64,000 bases of DNA from assembly GCA_964357175.1 (NCBI GenBank), contig CAYHJU010000002.1:598-64597 (forward strand), in the 5' to 3' direction. Within the stretch, counting starts at the first letter, position 1; every line of letters starts with the position of its first letter. Origin of the DNA: an uncultured Candidatus Saccharibacteria bacterium (lineage in GTDB: Bacteria > Patescibacteriota > Minisyncoccia > GWC2-36-17 > CAYHJU01). Below, one piece after another: positions 1 through 8,789 of this stretch. Below the pieces are notes generated by a model. It saw nothing but the letters and a program-made list of their open reading frames with translations, was not told the origin of the DNA and made no database searches. Both the position numbers and the translations under genes were made by a program.

Positions 1-14
1 TTTCAGTTTCGCCC

Positions 15-266
15 ATGGAAAATATCAAGCAGGGATTTTTTTCTAAATTATTTCCGTCAAAAAATCAGCCTCTCGTTGGCGAAAAAGAGTCGAAAAGATT
101 GGAAAATCAACTGGATCAAAGAGTTGATTATATACTTAGCGGCGTTCGCTCTATGGGAATTAGAGCTGTGAGATTAGGTCGTGACGAGCTGGTGGAGCTT
201 TTATATTCGCTATATAACCCCGGCGAAGAAAAAAGAGAAGAATTATTGCAAGCCGCTTCCTTATAA
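15..266 (+). CDS. hypothetical protein; reading frame is open to the window edge, so it may be the 3' part of a longer gene (possibly the N-terminal piece of a split VirB4)
   Basis: ORF in the six-frame track with no stop between the window start and the ATG in this frame. It ends 15 nt before the VirB4-like ORF, in a different frame. Confidence 0.3.
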   Translation: MENIKQGFFSKLFPSKNQPLVGEKESKRLENQLDQRVDYILSGVRSMGIRAVRLGRDELVELLYSLYNPGEEKREELLQAASL

Positions 267-280
267 TTTTATAAAAAACT

Positions 281-2077
281 ATGTCATTTTTCTCACCTAA
301 AAAAAATAAGCAAGACTTAACCATATCGCTACCTGTTTCCTCGGACAAGGTGCCCTTAACAGATGTTGTGGCTCCTCCAGCGCTTAAAATAGAAAGTAGA
401 TATCTGCAATTAGGGAGTCAGTTTATTCGCACGATTTTTGTGTTTAATTATCCGAGATATCTTTCCACCAATTGGCTCTCGCCTATAGTAAATATGCCGA
501 GAGTTTTTGATATAGCGATGTTCATACATCCGGCCGACACCGCTTTAGTTTTGAAACAATTAAGGAAACGCGTAGCTCAAGTGCAGGCGCAAATAAGCGA
601 GGAAGAAGAAAAAGGCAAGGTGCGCGACCCGATGCTGGAAACTGCTTATAATGATATGGAAAATTTGCGCGACTCTCTTATGCAGGCCAGGGAGAAGGTG
701 TTTAGCTTTGGACTCTACATCACTTTGTATGGAAATAGTGTGGATGAGCTGGATAAGGCAGAAAATGAAATTAAGTCTTTGATGGAAAGCCGTCTGGTTT
801 ATATTAAGGATGCTATTTTTACCCAAGACGTAGGATTTAATTCAACCTTGCCCTTTGGAAGAGACTTGCTCCAGGTTTGGACGACTCTGAACAGTTCTCC
901 ACTATCAACAACCTTTCCTTTTATATCTGCTGATTTGAGCTCTAATTCTGGAATTATGTATGGCGTAAACCGCCACAATAACAGCATCGTGCTTTTTGAC
1001 AGATTTAGCATGGAAAATGGCAATATGGTGATTTTTGCCAAGGCGGGAGGCGGAAAAAGTTATACCGCCAAGCTCGAAGTTTTAAGATCGTTAATGATGG
1101 GTACGGATGTGATTATTATTGATCCTGAAAATGAGTATAAATATTTGTCTGAAGCGGTTGGAGGAACTTTCATACCAATATCTATAAACTCTAAATATCA
1201 CCTAAATCCGTTTGATCTGCCGCCCAAACTGCCAGACGAAGAACAGGCGGATGTTTTGAGATCAAATGTTATAAACTTGATCGGTCTTTTAAGAATAATG
1301 CTGGGGGGACTCACGACAGAAGAAGACGCCCTGATAGATAAGGCCATATCGGAAACTTATGCTTCGCGTGATATCACGCCAACTTCCAATTTTGAAAATG
1401 TTCAAGTGCCTTTGATGGGGGACTTGCAACAGATATTAAACAGCACCCAAGGAGCTGAATCTATAGCAAGAAAACTTGAACGCTATACATCTGGAGCTTT
1501 TTCCGGATTTTTGAACCAACCCACTAATGTTGATTTAAAAAATCGCTTAATGGTTTTTAGTATTCGTGATATGGACGCTGAATTGCGCCCAATGGCGATG
1601 TATGTGATAATTAGATTTATTTGGAACACCATAAGAGCTACGACCAAAAAACGGATTCTCTTAGTAGATGAGGCGTGGGTGATGATGCAAAATCCCGACG
1701 GAGCTTCATTTTTATACGGAATAGCCAAGCGTTGCCGTAAATATTATTTAGGACTTACCACCATCACACAAGATGTGGCTGATTTTTTGGGCTCGCCATA
1801 TGGAAAACCTATTTTGACAAACTCCTCTATTCAACTTTTATTGCGTCAATCCCCATCTTCAATTGATATTATATCCAACGCCTTTAACCTAACTGAGGAA
1901 GAAAAATATTTGCTTTTGGAAAGCGATGTGGGTGAAGGAATATTTTTTGCCGGACTTAAACATGTGGCGATAAAAGTAATTGCCTCTTATACAGAAGACC
2001 AGATAATAACGTCTGACCCAGCGCAACTTTTGGCGATAGCAAAAGCGAAGCAAGAACTGAGCACAGGAGGAGCGTAA
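281..2077 (+). CDS. VirB4/TrbE/CagE-family type IV secretion (conjugation-type) ATPase
   Basis: Walker A 'AKAGGGKSY' is present. The hallmark 'LLVDEAWVMM' box of VirB4/TraC ATPases is present. At 598 aa it is shorter than canonical VirB4 (~800 aa), so the N-terminal domain may be encoded upstream. Confidence 0.7.
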   Translation: MSFFSPKKNKQDLTISLPVSSDKVPLTDVVAPPALKIESRYLQLGSQFIRTIFVFNYPRYLSTNWLSPIVNMPRVFDIAMFIHPADTALVLKQLRKRVAQVQAQISEEEEKGKVRDPMLETAYNDMENLRDSLMQAREKVFSFGLYITLYGNSVDELDKAENEIKSLMESRLVYIKDAIFTQDVGFNSTLPFGRDLLQVWTTLNSSPLSTTFPFISADLSSNSGIMYGVNRHNNSIVLFDRFSMENGNMVIFAKAGGGKSYTAKLEVLRSLMMGTDVIIIDPENEYKYLSEAVGGTFIPISINSKYHLNPFDLPPKLPDEEQADVLRSNVINLIGLLRIMLGGLTTEEDALIDKAISETYASRDITPTSNFENVQVPLMGDLQQILNSTQGAESIARKLERYTSGAFSGFLNQPTNVDLKNRLMVFSIRDMDAELRPMAMYVIIRFIWNTIRATTKKRILLVDEAWVMMQNPDGASFLYGIAKRCRKYYLGLTTITQDVADFLGSPYGKPILTNSSIQLLLRQSPSSIDIISNAFNLTEEEKYLLLESDVGEGIFFAGLKHVAIKVIASYTEDQIITSDPAQLLAIAKAKQELSTGGA

Positions 2078-2163
2078 AAATCTCAATTCGCCGGCTGGCG
2101 AATCAAATCTCAAAAATCAAATCTGGTAGAAAATTTATTTAATACATCAAAAGTGGTATAATT

Positions 2164-2835
2164 ATGGTAGAGGCTTCAAAAATAACAAAATTGGCGCCCG
2201 TAGCTCCAAAAACGACAGCGGCCCATGTGATGACAAAAGAGGAGGCTATTCGCGCTAAGGCAAGACTTGCCGCTCTAAGGGCGCGAAATCAAATAAAGCA
2301 GAAAGTTGCAGGAGCGGGTGGGAACAAACTTCGCGAAGAATATAAAAAGTTCGGATTTTTGGGGTATTTTTTTCTCGGAATCGAGGCCTTTATAATAGTG
2401 GGGATTTTCCTGGTCAAAGATATTCTTGATATTATTCTGAAAGCCACTTATGCGGCTGCAGGGGTGGGCGGAGCTGTGGGCGAGGCAATTTCTGTCATAC
2501 TGACCATTTTAACAGGATTTATAGGATTTTGGCTCTGGTTTAGGTTCGGTAGAACAAAAAAGGGCTCGCCGGCCGCGGCGGCAAAAAAGGCGGCTTCTAA
2601 ATTTTTAAAAATAATATGCGGGTTTGTGGGAGTTAATGTGGCTGATATTATACCTTTATTAAATTTAGTGCCGTGGCTAACTGCTTATGGAATGATTCTA
2701 TACGGTCTGGAGTTTTATAAGATGACAACCCAGCCAGAGAGCGCTCCGATAACTCAAGAGGAAGAGGTTAGCGAAAATCCAAAACAATCCTCTTTGCGCG
2801 CCCAACTCCAACAAAAAACTCAAGATGGTGTTTAA
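2164..2835 (+). CDS. polytopic membrane protein, hypothetical (T4SS-module neighbour)
   Basis: Several hydrophobic helices with a Gly/Ala-rich segment. Co-directional and tightly spaced after the VirB4-like gene. Confidence 0.4.
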   Translation: MVEASKITKLAPVAPKTTAAHVMTKEEAIRAKARLAALRARNQIKQKVAGAGGNKLREEYKKFGFLGYFFLGIEAFIIVGIFLVKDILDIILKATYAAAGVGGAVGEAISVILTILTGFIGFWLWFRFGRTKKGSPAAAAKKAASKFLKIICGFVGVNVADIIPLLNLVPWLTAYGMILYGLEFYKMTTQPESAPITQEEEVSENPKQSSLRAQLQQKTQDGV

Positions 2836-2849
2836 ATAATTTAATAAAT

Positions 2850-3620
2850 ATGCCGAAGAAAATAATTATAATTTTAATAATAGGCGTTTTTATCCCGATG
2901 GTTTTTGTATTTGCAGAAACTCCATCTCCAACGCCATCTGCTAGTGTTTCGCCGATTATAACGCCAACGCCTCAAATGTCTTCTCCTCTTCCTGAAATCT
3001 CATTAAACCCAGAAGATGTGATAAAGTTTTTAAGCACGCCCTCACTGCTTATAAGTCCGCGGGAAAACGGCATATTGTATGTAGCCCCCAACAAAACTAT
3101 AAATTTTTCTGCTACCCCTCTAAGTCTTCCGCCGGACACAAGCCTAAGGTGGTATGTGAACGGCTCGTTTGTTTCTTCAGAAAAGATTTTTTCTTTTAAT
3201 TCAGGTAGCAGGTCCCCCGCCAAATATTCATTGAGCGTAAGCGCCGATCTTTCCAGCGACCCCATATATGCCCTGCGTGGAATTTCTCAAGTTTCAGCAA
3301 GTGTGATTATAAAAGCTATAGATACGGATTTATATGTTTATGCGTCAGAAAACGCCCCAGTTTCATTTGGGATAAAAACTTTCCCTAAAACAGGAGGATT
3401 TTTTGCCGTAAACGCCATTTCATTTTTAGGAGATGGACAATTTTACTATAACTGGTCAATAGATGATGAGAAGCAGATCCAGTCTTCGGGCATTGGTAAA
3501 AATTCTATAAAAATACAATCTGGTAGCTATCCCGCCACAAAAATAATTTTGCTGGAAATAAAAGATTCTTCTGGAAAATTTATTTTGAGCAAAAAAATAA
3601 GCGTTCCTGTAATTAAATAA
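2850..3620 (+). CDS. secreted protein with signal peptide and Pro/Thr/Ser-rich linker, hypothetical
   Basis: N-terminal hydrophobic signal 'IIIILIIGVFIPMVFVFA' followed by 'TPSPTPSASVSPIITPTP'. Confidence 0.4.
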   Translation: MPKKIIIILIIGVFIPMVFVFAETPSPTPSASVSPIITPTPQMSSPLPEISLNPEDVIKFLSTPSLLISPRENGILYVAPNKTINFSATPLSLPPDTSLRWYVNGSFVSSEKIFSFNSGSRSPAKYSLSVSADLSSDPIYALRGISQVSASVIIKAIDTDLYVYASENAPVSFGIKTFPKTGGFFAVNAISFLGDGQFYYNWSIDDEKQIQSSGIGKNSIKIQSGSYPATKIILLEIKDSSGKFILSKKISVPVIK

Positions 3621-3627
3621 TGATTTT

Positions 3628-4059
3628 ATGAAAAAAATGTTTTTATTTTTATTTTTAATCGCTGGTTTTCTTGCCCCGCTTTCCGTCGGAGCCCAAGAAG
3701 GATGTGGCGTTCCGCCATATTTTAATTATATTTTTAATTTCGGCTTGGGCGCATCAGGTATTTTGGCCATAACAATGATTGTATTGGGAGCAGTACAAAT
3801 GATGCTCAACGCCGCAAATCCTAGCGCGCAAACTGCTGGCAAAGACAAAATAAAAAGCGCGCTTATGGGCCTTGCGTTAATTTTTGGGTCGTGGTTAATC
3901 TTATATACCATAAATCCAGATTTGGTGAATTTCAGTCAGGCGTTTAACTCTGTTTGTAATGACCCCATTCAATTACCAAGCGGAGGGGGGCCGGTAGGAT
4001 CACCATTTCAGGGTGGAGGAGGTAGAAGTGGCGGTGGAGGAGCCACCGGAAGTTGGTAA
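3628..4059 (+). CDS. putative VirB2/TrbC-like T4SS pilin (signal peptide + two hydrophobic helices + Gly-rich tail)
   Basis: Long signal peptide 'MKKMFLFLFLIAGFLAPLSVGAQ', then two TM segments 'GILAITMIVLGAVQMM' and 'ALMGLALIFGSWLILYTINP'. This is the typical TrbC/VirB2 pilin topology. The C-terminus is 'GGGGRSGGGGATG'. Confidence 0.4.
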   Translation: MKKMFLFLFLIAGFLAPLSVGAQEGCGVPPYFNYIFNFGLGASGILAITMIVLGAVQMMLNAANPSAQTAGKDKIKSALMGLALIFGSWLILYTINPDLVNFSQAFNSVCNDPIQLPSGGGPVGSPFQGGGGRSGGGGATGSW

Positions 4060-5234
4060 ACAAATATAGCAATAATTTAAACGATATGGATAGAAAAAAA
4101 ATAATTATAATATCTTCAATCGGGGCTGGCGTGTTAATTTTAATAGGGATTTTAATCTATTTAATCATTCCTAAAAGTTCTCCGGCAGAACAGCCCGCTT
4201 TAAGCGGAAGCCCTATGGCATCCACGCCCTCTGGTGATAATCTAAGCTCGTCTCAAAATTCGATTTTAAATGAAATATTGCCCGCAAATATAGTTAGTTT
4301 TGTTTGGTCAGATATAAATCAAAAATTTACAGCGATTTCTTCAAGTGGTTTTTTATACTCTATAAATCCCAGTGATTTTGCGGTAAGCACCACCACCAAC
4401 TTTGGCGTTTCCGGCATAATCAAGGTTGTTTGGTCACCCAATAAAAGCAAGGCTGTAGTTTATCGTAATGAAAATGGAGTTTTGAAAAAGTTTTATTTTG
4501 ACGCCATAAGCCAAAATATCACCCCTTTGGGTGATCAGATTGGCAGCGTGACTTTTTCTCCTAAGAGTGATCAGATTTTGTATGTGTTCAATCAATTACA
4601 AAATAGTGTTTTGAAGTCTTTTTTGTCTATATCAAATCCTGACGGTACAAAATGGAAAAATCTATCAGCTTTTTCAATGCCCGATACATTGCTTTATTGG
4701 CCATCGGGCATAAAAGCTTATGCTATAAGTCCAGCTTCCGGCCTACTACCAAATAGCGTTTATTCGATTGATGTAAAGACTGGCGCTTTGCAAAAATTTT
4801 TAGCGGAACAAAATGGTCAGCAGATTAAATTCTCACCCTCAGGAAATGGGCTTTTGTATTCTTTTGTTGATAGTCGCGGAAAAAACTTACAATTATTTTA
4901 TAAAAATCTAAAAACAAATTCTGACACGCTCTTGCCAATAAAAACCTTGCCCGAAAAATGCTCTTTTGACAAAACTGAAGAAAATGTTTTCTGCGCCGCG
5001 CCGAATAAAATTTCGTCAAGTGCTATTATGCCAGATGATTATTATAGCAACAAGCTAAATCTTGATGACAATTTGTGGGTTTACAATATTCAGTCAAATA
5101 GCGCCTCTCAAATCATTTCTTCTGAAAATATCACGCCTATAAACATAAAAATGTTGGAGGTTTCGCCGGATAATTCCTATATTATTTTTATTTCTCAGAA
5201 AGACGATAGGTTGTTTCGATTACAAATTAGATAA
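4053..5234 (+). CDS. membrane-anchored extracytoplasmic protein, hypothetical (possible beta-propeller/TolB-like repeats)
   Basis: N-terminal TM 'IIIISSIGAGVLILIGILIYLII'. Repeated 'F/WSP...' segments follow. Last gene of the plus-strand block. Confidence 0.4.
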   Translation: MVNKYSNNLNDMDRKKIIIISSIGAGVLILIGILIYLIIPKSSPAEQPALSGSPMASTPSGDNLSSSQNSILNEILPANIVSFVWSDINQKFTAISSSGFLYSINPSDFAVSTTTNFGVSGIIKVVWSPNKSKAVVYRNENGVLKKFYFDAISQNITPLGDQIGSVTFSPKSDQILYVFNQLQNSVLKSFLSISNPDGTKWKNLSAFSMPDTLLYWPSGIKAYAISPASGLLPNSVYSIDVKTGALQKFLAEQNGQQIKFSPSGNGLLYSFVDSRGKNLQLFYKNLKTNSDTLLPIKTLPEKCSFDKTEENVFCAAPNKISSSAIMPDDYYSNKLNLDDNLWVYNIQSNSASQIISSENITPINIKMLEVSPDNSYIIFISQKDDRLFRLQIR

Positions 5235-5240
5235 ACCCCC

Positions 5241-5258
5241 GCCTACCGGCAGGCAGGC
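5241..5258. repeat. GC-rich hairpin repeat copy 1 (reverse orientation): GCCTACCGGCAGGCAGGC, embedded in a MITE-TIR-like context taaaccccc[..]cacacc
   Basis: Reverse complement is GCCTGCCTGCCGGTAGGC, the same 18-mer as copies 2 and 3. Confidence 0.5.
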
Positions 5259-5275
5259 CCACACCTATGCAAACA

Positions 5276-5299
5276 AAAACCGCTTTATTGCGGTTTTTT
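5276..5299. terminator. bidirectional rho-independent terminator between convergent genes
   Basis: Stem aaaaccgc / gcggtttt with loop tttatt, followed by a T-run. Confidence 0.6.
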
Positions 5300-5324
5300 G
5301 TTTAATCAATACAAATTTACCAAA

Positions 5325-6593
5325 CTATAAAATTTTAATTAATAAAATAATCATCCAGAAATAATAAGCTAGATCCATTTTAAAATATGGGGTGTCAAAA
5401 AACCCGTGCGCTAAAATTGCTATCAAAGATCCTCCCAATCCTATCGCCAACCATCTTAAGCCTCCTTGATTTTCCAATTTAAGTTTGTGTATTAAATTGT
5501 TAAAGACATTCTTTACGATCCACAAAAATCCCATAAACCCCAAAATTCCACCCTCTAACCAAAAGGCTAAATATATATTGTGCGGTTGGGGAACTACCAA
5601 AAAATCCAAATTTAACCCTAATTTTTTTTGCATCAAATGAAATTCACTTAAAAAAGAATTCGGACCAATACCCAAAACCCAATTATTTTTTAAAATATCA
5701 AACGACGCTTTCCATATTGGCAAACGGGAATTAATGGAAGACTGGGAACTGCCAACCAAAAGACGATCTATTTTCCCTGAATTAAGCACTGTTATAAAAA
5801 ACAGAACTAAACACAAGCCTATAAAAATTGCTGTAAAATAAAAGGTGGCGGGGCGCTTTTTTAGATTTAGAGAAACAAAAAACAGCATCCAAAACCCAGC
5901 CGCAACAATAGCGAGAGCTCCTCCAAAAGATTGCGTCGATATAAAAACCACCACAGAGGCAACAATAATTAAAAAAAACAAAAGTCCCTGCCAAAAAGTA
6001 TTTCTTCTAAAAAATATAAGGGCGACAATAATAGGCAAGAAGATTTCCAAAACCATAACCAAAAAATTCGGGGAATTGTAAAAACTAGAAAGCCGCCCAT
6101 TATCTTTAATGTTTAAGGCGAGATATATCAAAGAGGTGGTTAAAATTAGGGTATAGGATAAAAATAGGAGCCGTAAAAACACCTCTTTGTTTTTTGTCGA
6201 AGATAGGATTTTTATTCCGACCATAAAAATTAAGATGGGTTCAATAAACCACGCAAAAAACGCGTGCAAACTGCTTAAAAAATTATCGGAAAAAGCCACT
6301 GACAAAAAACCTCCCGCGAGCAAAAAAAGTATTGCCCAAAAATATTCTGGGAGTTTATTTTGCATTATCTCTTGGATTTTTTTATTATAAAAATCTTTAA
6401 AACGAAAGAAAAATGTTATCAAAAAAATTATTAGAGCTAATTCCACGGGAGAAATATCCACACCAAAAAAATTAATACGCAAAAAATAAAACGGTATGAA
6501 AATCGGAATTAAAAAAAACACTTTGTCAGAATAAAACCAACAAAGCGTCGTGTACAAAACAATCACTACTGCAAAAATCAAATAAATCAACAT
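5325..6593 (-). CDS. O-antigen ligase/polymerase (WaaL/Wzy_C) family membrane protein
   Basis: More than 10 TM helices. A periplasmic loop carries 'LAHGFFDTPYF', a Wzy_C-like motif. Confidence 0.55.
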   Translation of the reverse strand: MLIYLIFAVVIVLYTTLCWFYSDKVFFLIPIFIPFYFLRINFFGVDISPVELALIIFLITFFFRFKDFYNKKIQEIMQNKLPEYFWAILFLLAGGFLSVAFSDNFLSSLHAFFAWFIEPILIFMVGIKILSSTKNKEVFLRLLFLSYTLILTTSLIYLALNIKDNGRLSSFYNSPNFLVMVLEIFLPIIVALIFFRRNTFWQGLLFFLIIVASVVVFISTQSFGGALAIVAAGFWMLFFVSLNLKKRPATFYFTAIFIGLCLVLFFITVLNSGKIDRLLVGSSQSSINSRLPIWKASFDILKNNWVLGIGPNSFLSEFHLMQKKLGLNLDFLVVPQPHNIYLAFWLEGGILGFMGFLWIVKNVFNNLIHKLKLENQGGLRWLAIGLGGSLIAILAHGFFDTPYFKMDLAYYFWMIILLIKIL

Positions 6594-6632
6594 AATTTCT
6601 TATCAAATAAGCACTCAAAATGAAGCGGGGAA

Positions 6633-7079
6633 CTATGGTCTAGGATAAACAACTATAAAACGATTCGGATCTACGCCCTTACTTTCTGTCACCACATCGG
6701 GACGAATAGAAAGCTCGGAGTGGACAAGGCGCCTGTCTTTTGAAGACATTGGTGGTAGAGGAATCGGTTTATTTGTTACCAAAGATTTTTTAACCGCCTC
6801 CTGCGCAACGCTCCTGAGAAAACGCCAATGCGACTCACAATAATTATTTACATCTATGGAAAAATATATCGGACTCCCGAGTTTTTGTTTTAAAAAAACA
6901 TGTAACACCCTTTCAATGGCCGAAAGGTTGGCGCCATTTTTGCCTATAAGAATCCGCCCTTCTCCTGACATTATATTTATATAAAAACCATCATCTTTAG
7001 TAGAAACATCCACACTGGCGCTTAAAAATCCCATTTTGTCTAAAAATTCTTTAGTTAGCGATTTTATTTTTTCTTTCAT
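6633..7079 (-). CDS. jag: Jag/KhpB-like RNA-binding protein (KH + R3H)
   Basis: R3H-type 'SSKDRRLVHSEL'. Conserved position immediately downstream of yidC. Confidence 0.7.
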   Translation of the reverse strand: MKEKIKSLTKEFLDKMGFLSASVDVSTKDDGFYINIMSGEGRILIGKNGANLSAIERVLHVFLKQKLGSPIYFSIDVNNYCESHWRFLRSVAQEAVKKSLVTNKPIPLPPMSSKDRRLVHSELSIRPDVVTESKGVDPNRFIVVYPRP

Positions 7080-7791
7080 AATAGACTATATATAATTGCT
7101 GTAAAATAGAAATTAAGGTGGTGGTCGCCCAGTAAAGAGCCAATGCCGCCGGCAACTTCCAAGAAATAAAAAATGTCATCACTGGCAATATAAACATCAT
7201 GTTTTTGTTCAAGGAGGCGGCAATGTCACCTGGACCAGATGATTTAAAATTCTGATAACGAACCATCTGATATGACTGAATTAATTGTAGCACGCCGGCC
7301 AAAAAAGCAAGGTATATGTTGGGAATTGCCATATTTATTAAGCCTAAAAGAGAGTATGGTTCTTTAAACAAAACAACAAAATTTGATAAAAAAGGATACA
7401 CATCATTAGCATTCACGATTTTTAAGCTGTTTATCAACACGCTGTATAACGCCCACAAAATAGGTAACTGAATCAAAATCGGAAGGCATCCAGAAAATGG
7501 GCTTATTTTTTCTTTTTGATACAGCTCCATCAACGCTTTTGTTTGGGCCTCTTTATTGTCTTTATGTTTTTCTTTTATGACTTGAATTTTGGGGTTCAGC
7601 GAGCTCATGGCCTTTTGAGCGATGATGCTTTTTTTTGTCAGTGGCAACAAGGCCAAGCGAATTAAAATAGTAAGGACGATCACGGCCAATCCAAAATCTT
7701 GTGCCGTAAATTTATATATTAACAGTAATATATTTATCAACGGTTGAGATAAAATTATGTGGAAAAGATCTGTCATAAAAGTTAGCGACAA
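7051..7791 (-). CDS. yidC: membrane protein insertase YidC/Oxa1 (short form)
   Basis: Five-TM Oxa1 core with 'PLTKKSIIAQKAMSSLNPKIQ'. Conserved rnpA-yidD-yidC-jag gene order. Confidence 0.8.
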   Translation of the reverse strand: MSLTFMTDLFHIILSQPLINILLLIYKFTAQDFGLAVIVLTILIRLALLPLTKKSIIAQKAMSSLNPKIQVIKEKHKDNKEAQTKALMELYQKEKISPFSGCLPILIQLPILWALYSVLINSLKIVNANDVYPFLSNFVVLFKEPYSLLGLINMAIPNIYLAFLAGVLQLIQSYQMVRYQNFKSSGPGDIAASLNKNMMFILPVMTFFISWKLPAALALYWATTTLISILQQLYIVYYERKNKIAN

Positions 7792-7985
7792 GAAATTATT
7801 CTCTTTATTCCCCCTCTCAAACCTTTTAGCAATCCCTCTTGTTCAATTGCCAATTTAGTATATTCAGAACAACTTGGATAATGCAAACACCCCCAAAAAG
7901 GGAAGGCGCGACCAAAAAAACTATGGTCAGGGGAAATGGTGTTTTGATAAATTTTGATTAGTAAAATTGTTATTTTTCTAAACAT
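7782..7985 (-). CDS. yidD: membrane protein insertion efficiency factor YidD
   Basis: Conserved Cys-containing 'GCLHYPSCSEYT'. Lies between rnpA and yidC. Confidence 0.75.
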   Translation of the reverse strand: MFRKITILLIKIYQNTISPDHSFFGRAFPFWGCLHYPSCSEYTKLAIEQEGLLKGLRGGIKRIISCR

Positions 7986-8020
7986 AGGGTATCTGCGCCT
8001 AAACGAATGGTTTTTTATTT

Positions 8021-8347
8021 TTATTTTATCCTGTCCAACAAAAAAAGCATCTCTTTTTCTATCTCTTTAAATTTTTTTTCTAAAGCGATTTTTTGGACAA
8101 ATACCACAAAATCCACCGTCGGAATAAATTTTTGATGCTTACGAATAATTTCCTTAATTTGTCTTCGGATTTTGTTCCTTGTGGTAGCTTTTTTAGAAAC
8201 CTTAGAGCTCACCACTACTGCGTAACGAAAAAATGTTTTTTTACTATCGACATATTTTAAATAAAAGGCGTAGCTTGTATATTTTTTGCCTTTTTTAAAA
8301 ACAAAATCGATGTCTTTTTTTAATCTCAAACTGTGAATTTTTTGCAT
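8021..8347 (-). CDS. rnpA: ribonuclease P protein component
   Basis: Basic ~108-aa protein 'LRLKKDIDFVFKKGKKYTSYAFYL' directly downstream of rpmH. Confidence 0.8.
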   Translation of the reverse strand: MQKIHSLRLKKDIDFVFKKGKKYTSYAFYLKYVDSKKTFFRYAVVVSSKVSKKATTRNKIRRQIKEIIRKHQKFIPTVDFVVFVQKIALEKKFKEIEKEMLFLLDRIK

Positions 8348-8373
8348 TGTTTTGGAAGAAAAATCCTACAAAT

Positions 8374-8505
8374 TTAAACCGCTAATCTTTTGCGGCCAGA
8401 AGCTCTTCTTCTTTTAATAACTCTTCTACCGTGACTGGTTAATGATCTTTTTAAAAATCCGTGTGTGCGCTGTCTTTTTCTATTTTTAGTTTTTGTTAAT
8501 CTCAT
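8374..8505 (-). CDS. rpmH: 50S ribosomal protein L34
   Basis: Hand translation of the minus strand gives [43 protein letters not shown] (43 aa). It sits upstream of rnpA. It is below the 60-aa cutoff of the ORF track. Confidence 0.85.
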   Translation of the reverse strand: MRLTKTKNRKRQRTHGFLKRSLTSHGRRVIKRRRASGRKRLAV

Positions 8506-8674
8506 GCTTTATTTAATTTCTTCTAGCTCCTTCTTGTTGCGCCTAAGGCAATATTTTAGTTTTTAATAAATACAAATTATGATAAATGATTCTACTTTTT
8601 TATTCGAAGGGGCTGGGTAAATACTAACAAGAAAAACGTTTTTGGTCAATTGAAGCTGTACGATTTTAAACAAG

Positions 8675-8683
8675 TTATCAACA
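8675..8683 (+). promoter_or_regulatory. DnaA-box-like 9-mer TTATCAACA upstream of dnaA
   Basis: One mismatch from the TTATCCACA consensus. The same 9-mer recurs twice in the dnaA-dnaN spacer. Confidence 0.35.
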
Positions 8684-8789
8684 ATTTAGTAACAATTAGC
8701 TTGTTTTTTTGTTTGTTTTAATTTTTTTTGTATGTTATATTGGTCTTGCGACGTATTTTTTTGATATAATTTTGCATAATATTTTTTAT

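Noticed and set aside
8709-8789. Longer dnaA N-terminus starting at the ATG at 8709
   Set aside because: The extra 27 residues are hydrophobic (FVLIFFVCYIGLATYFF), unlike DnaA domain I. The conserved 'W..vl..L' N-terminal pattern begins at the ATG at 8790. Kept as an alternative start.
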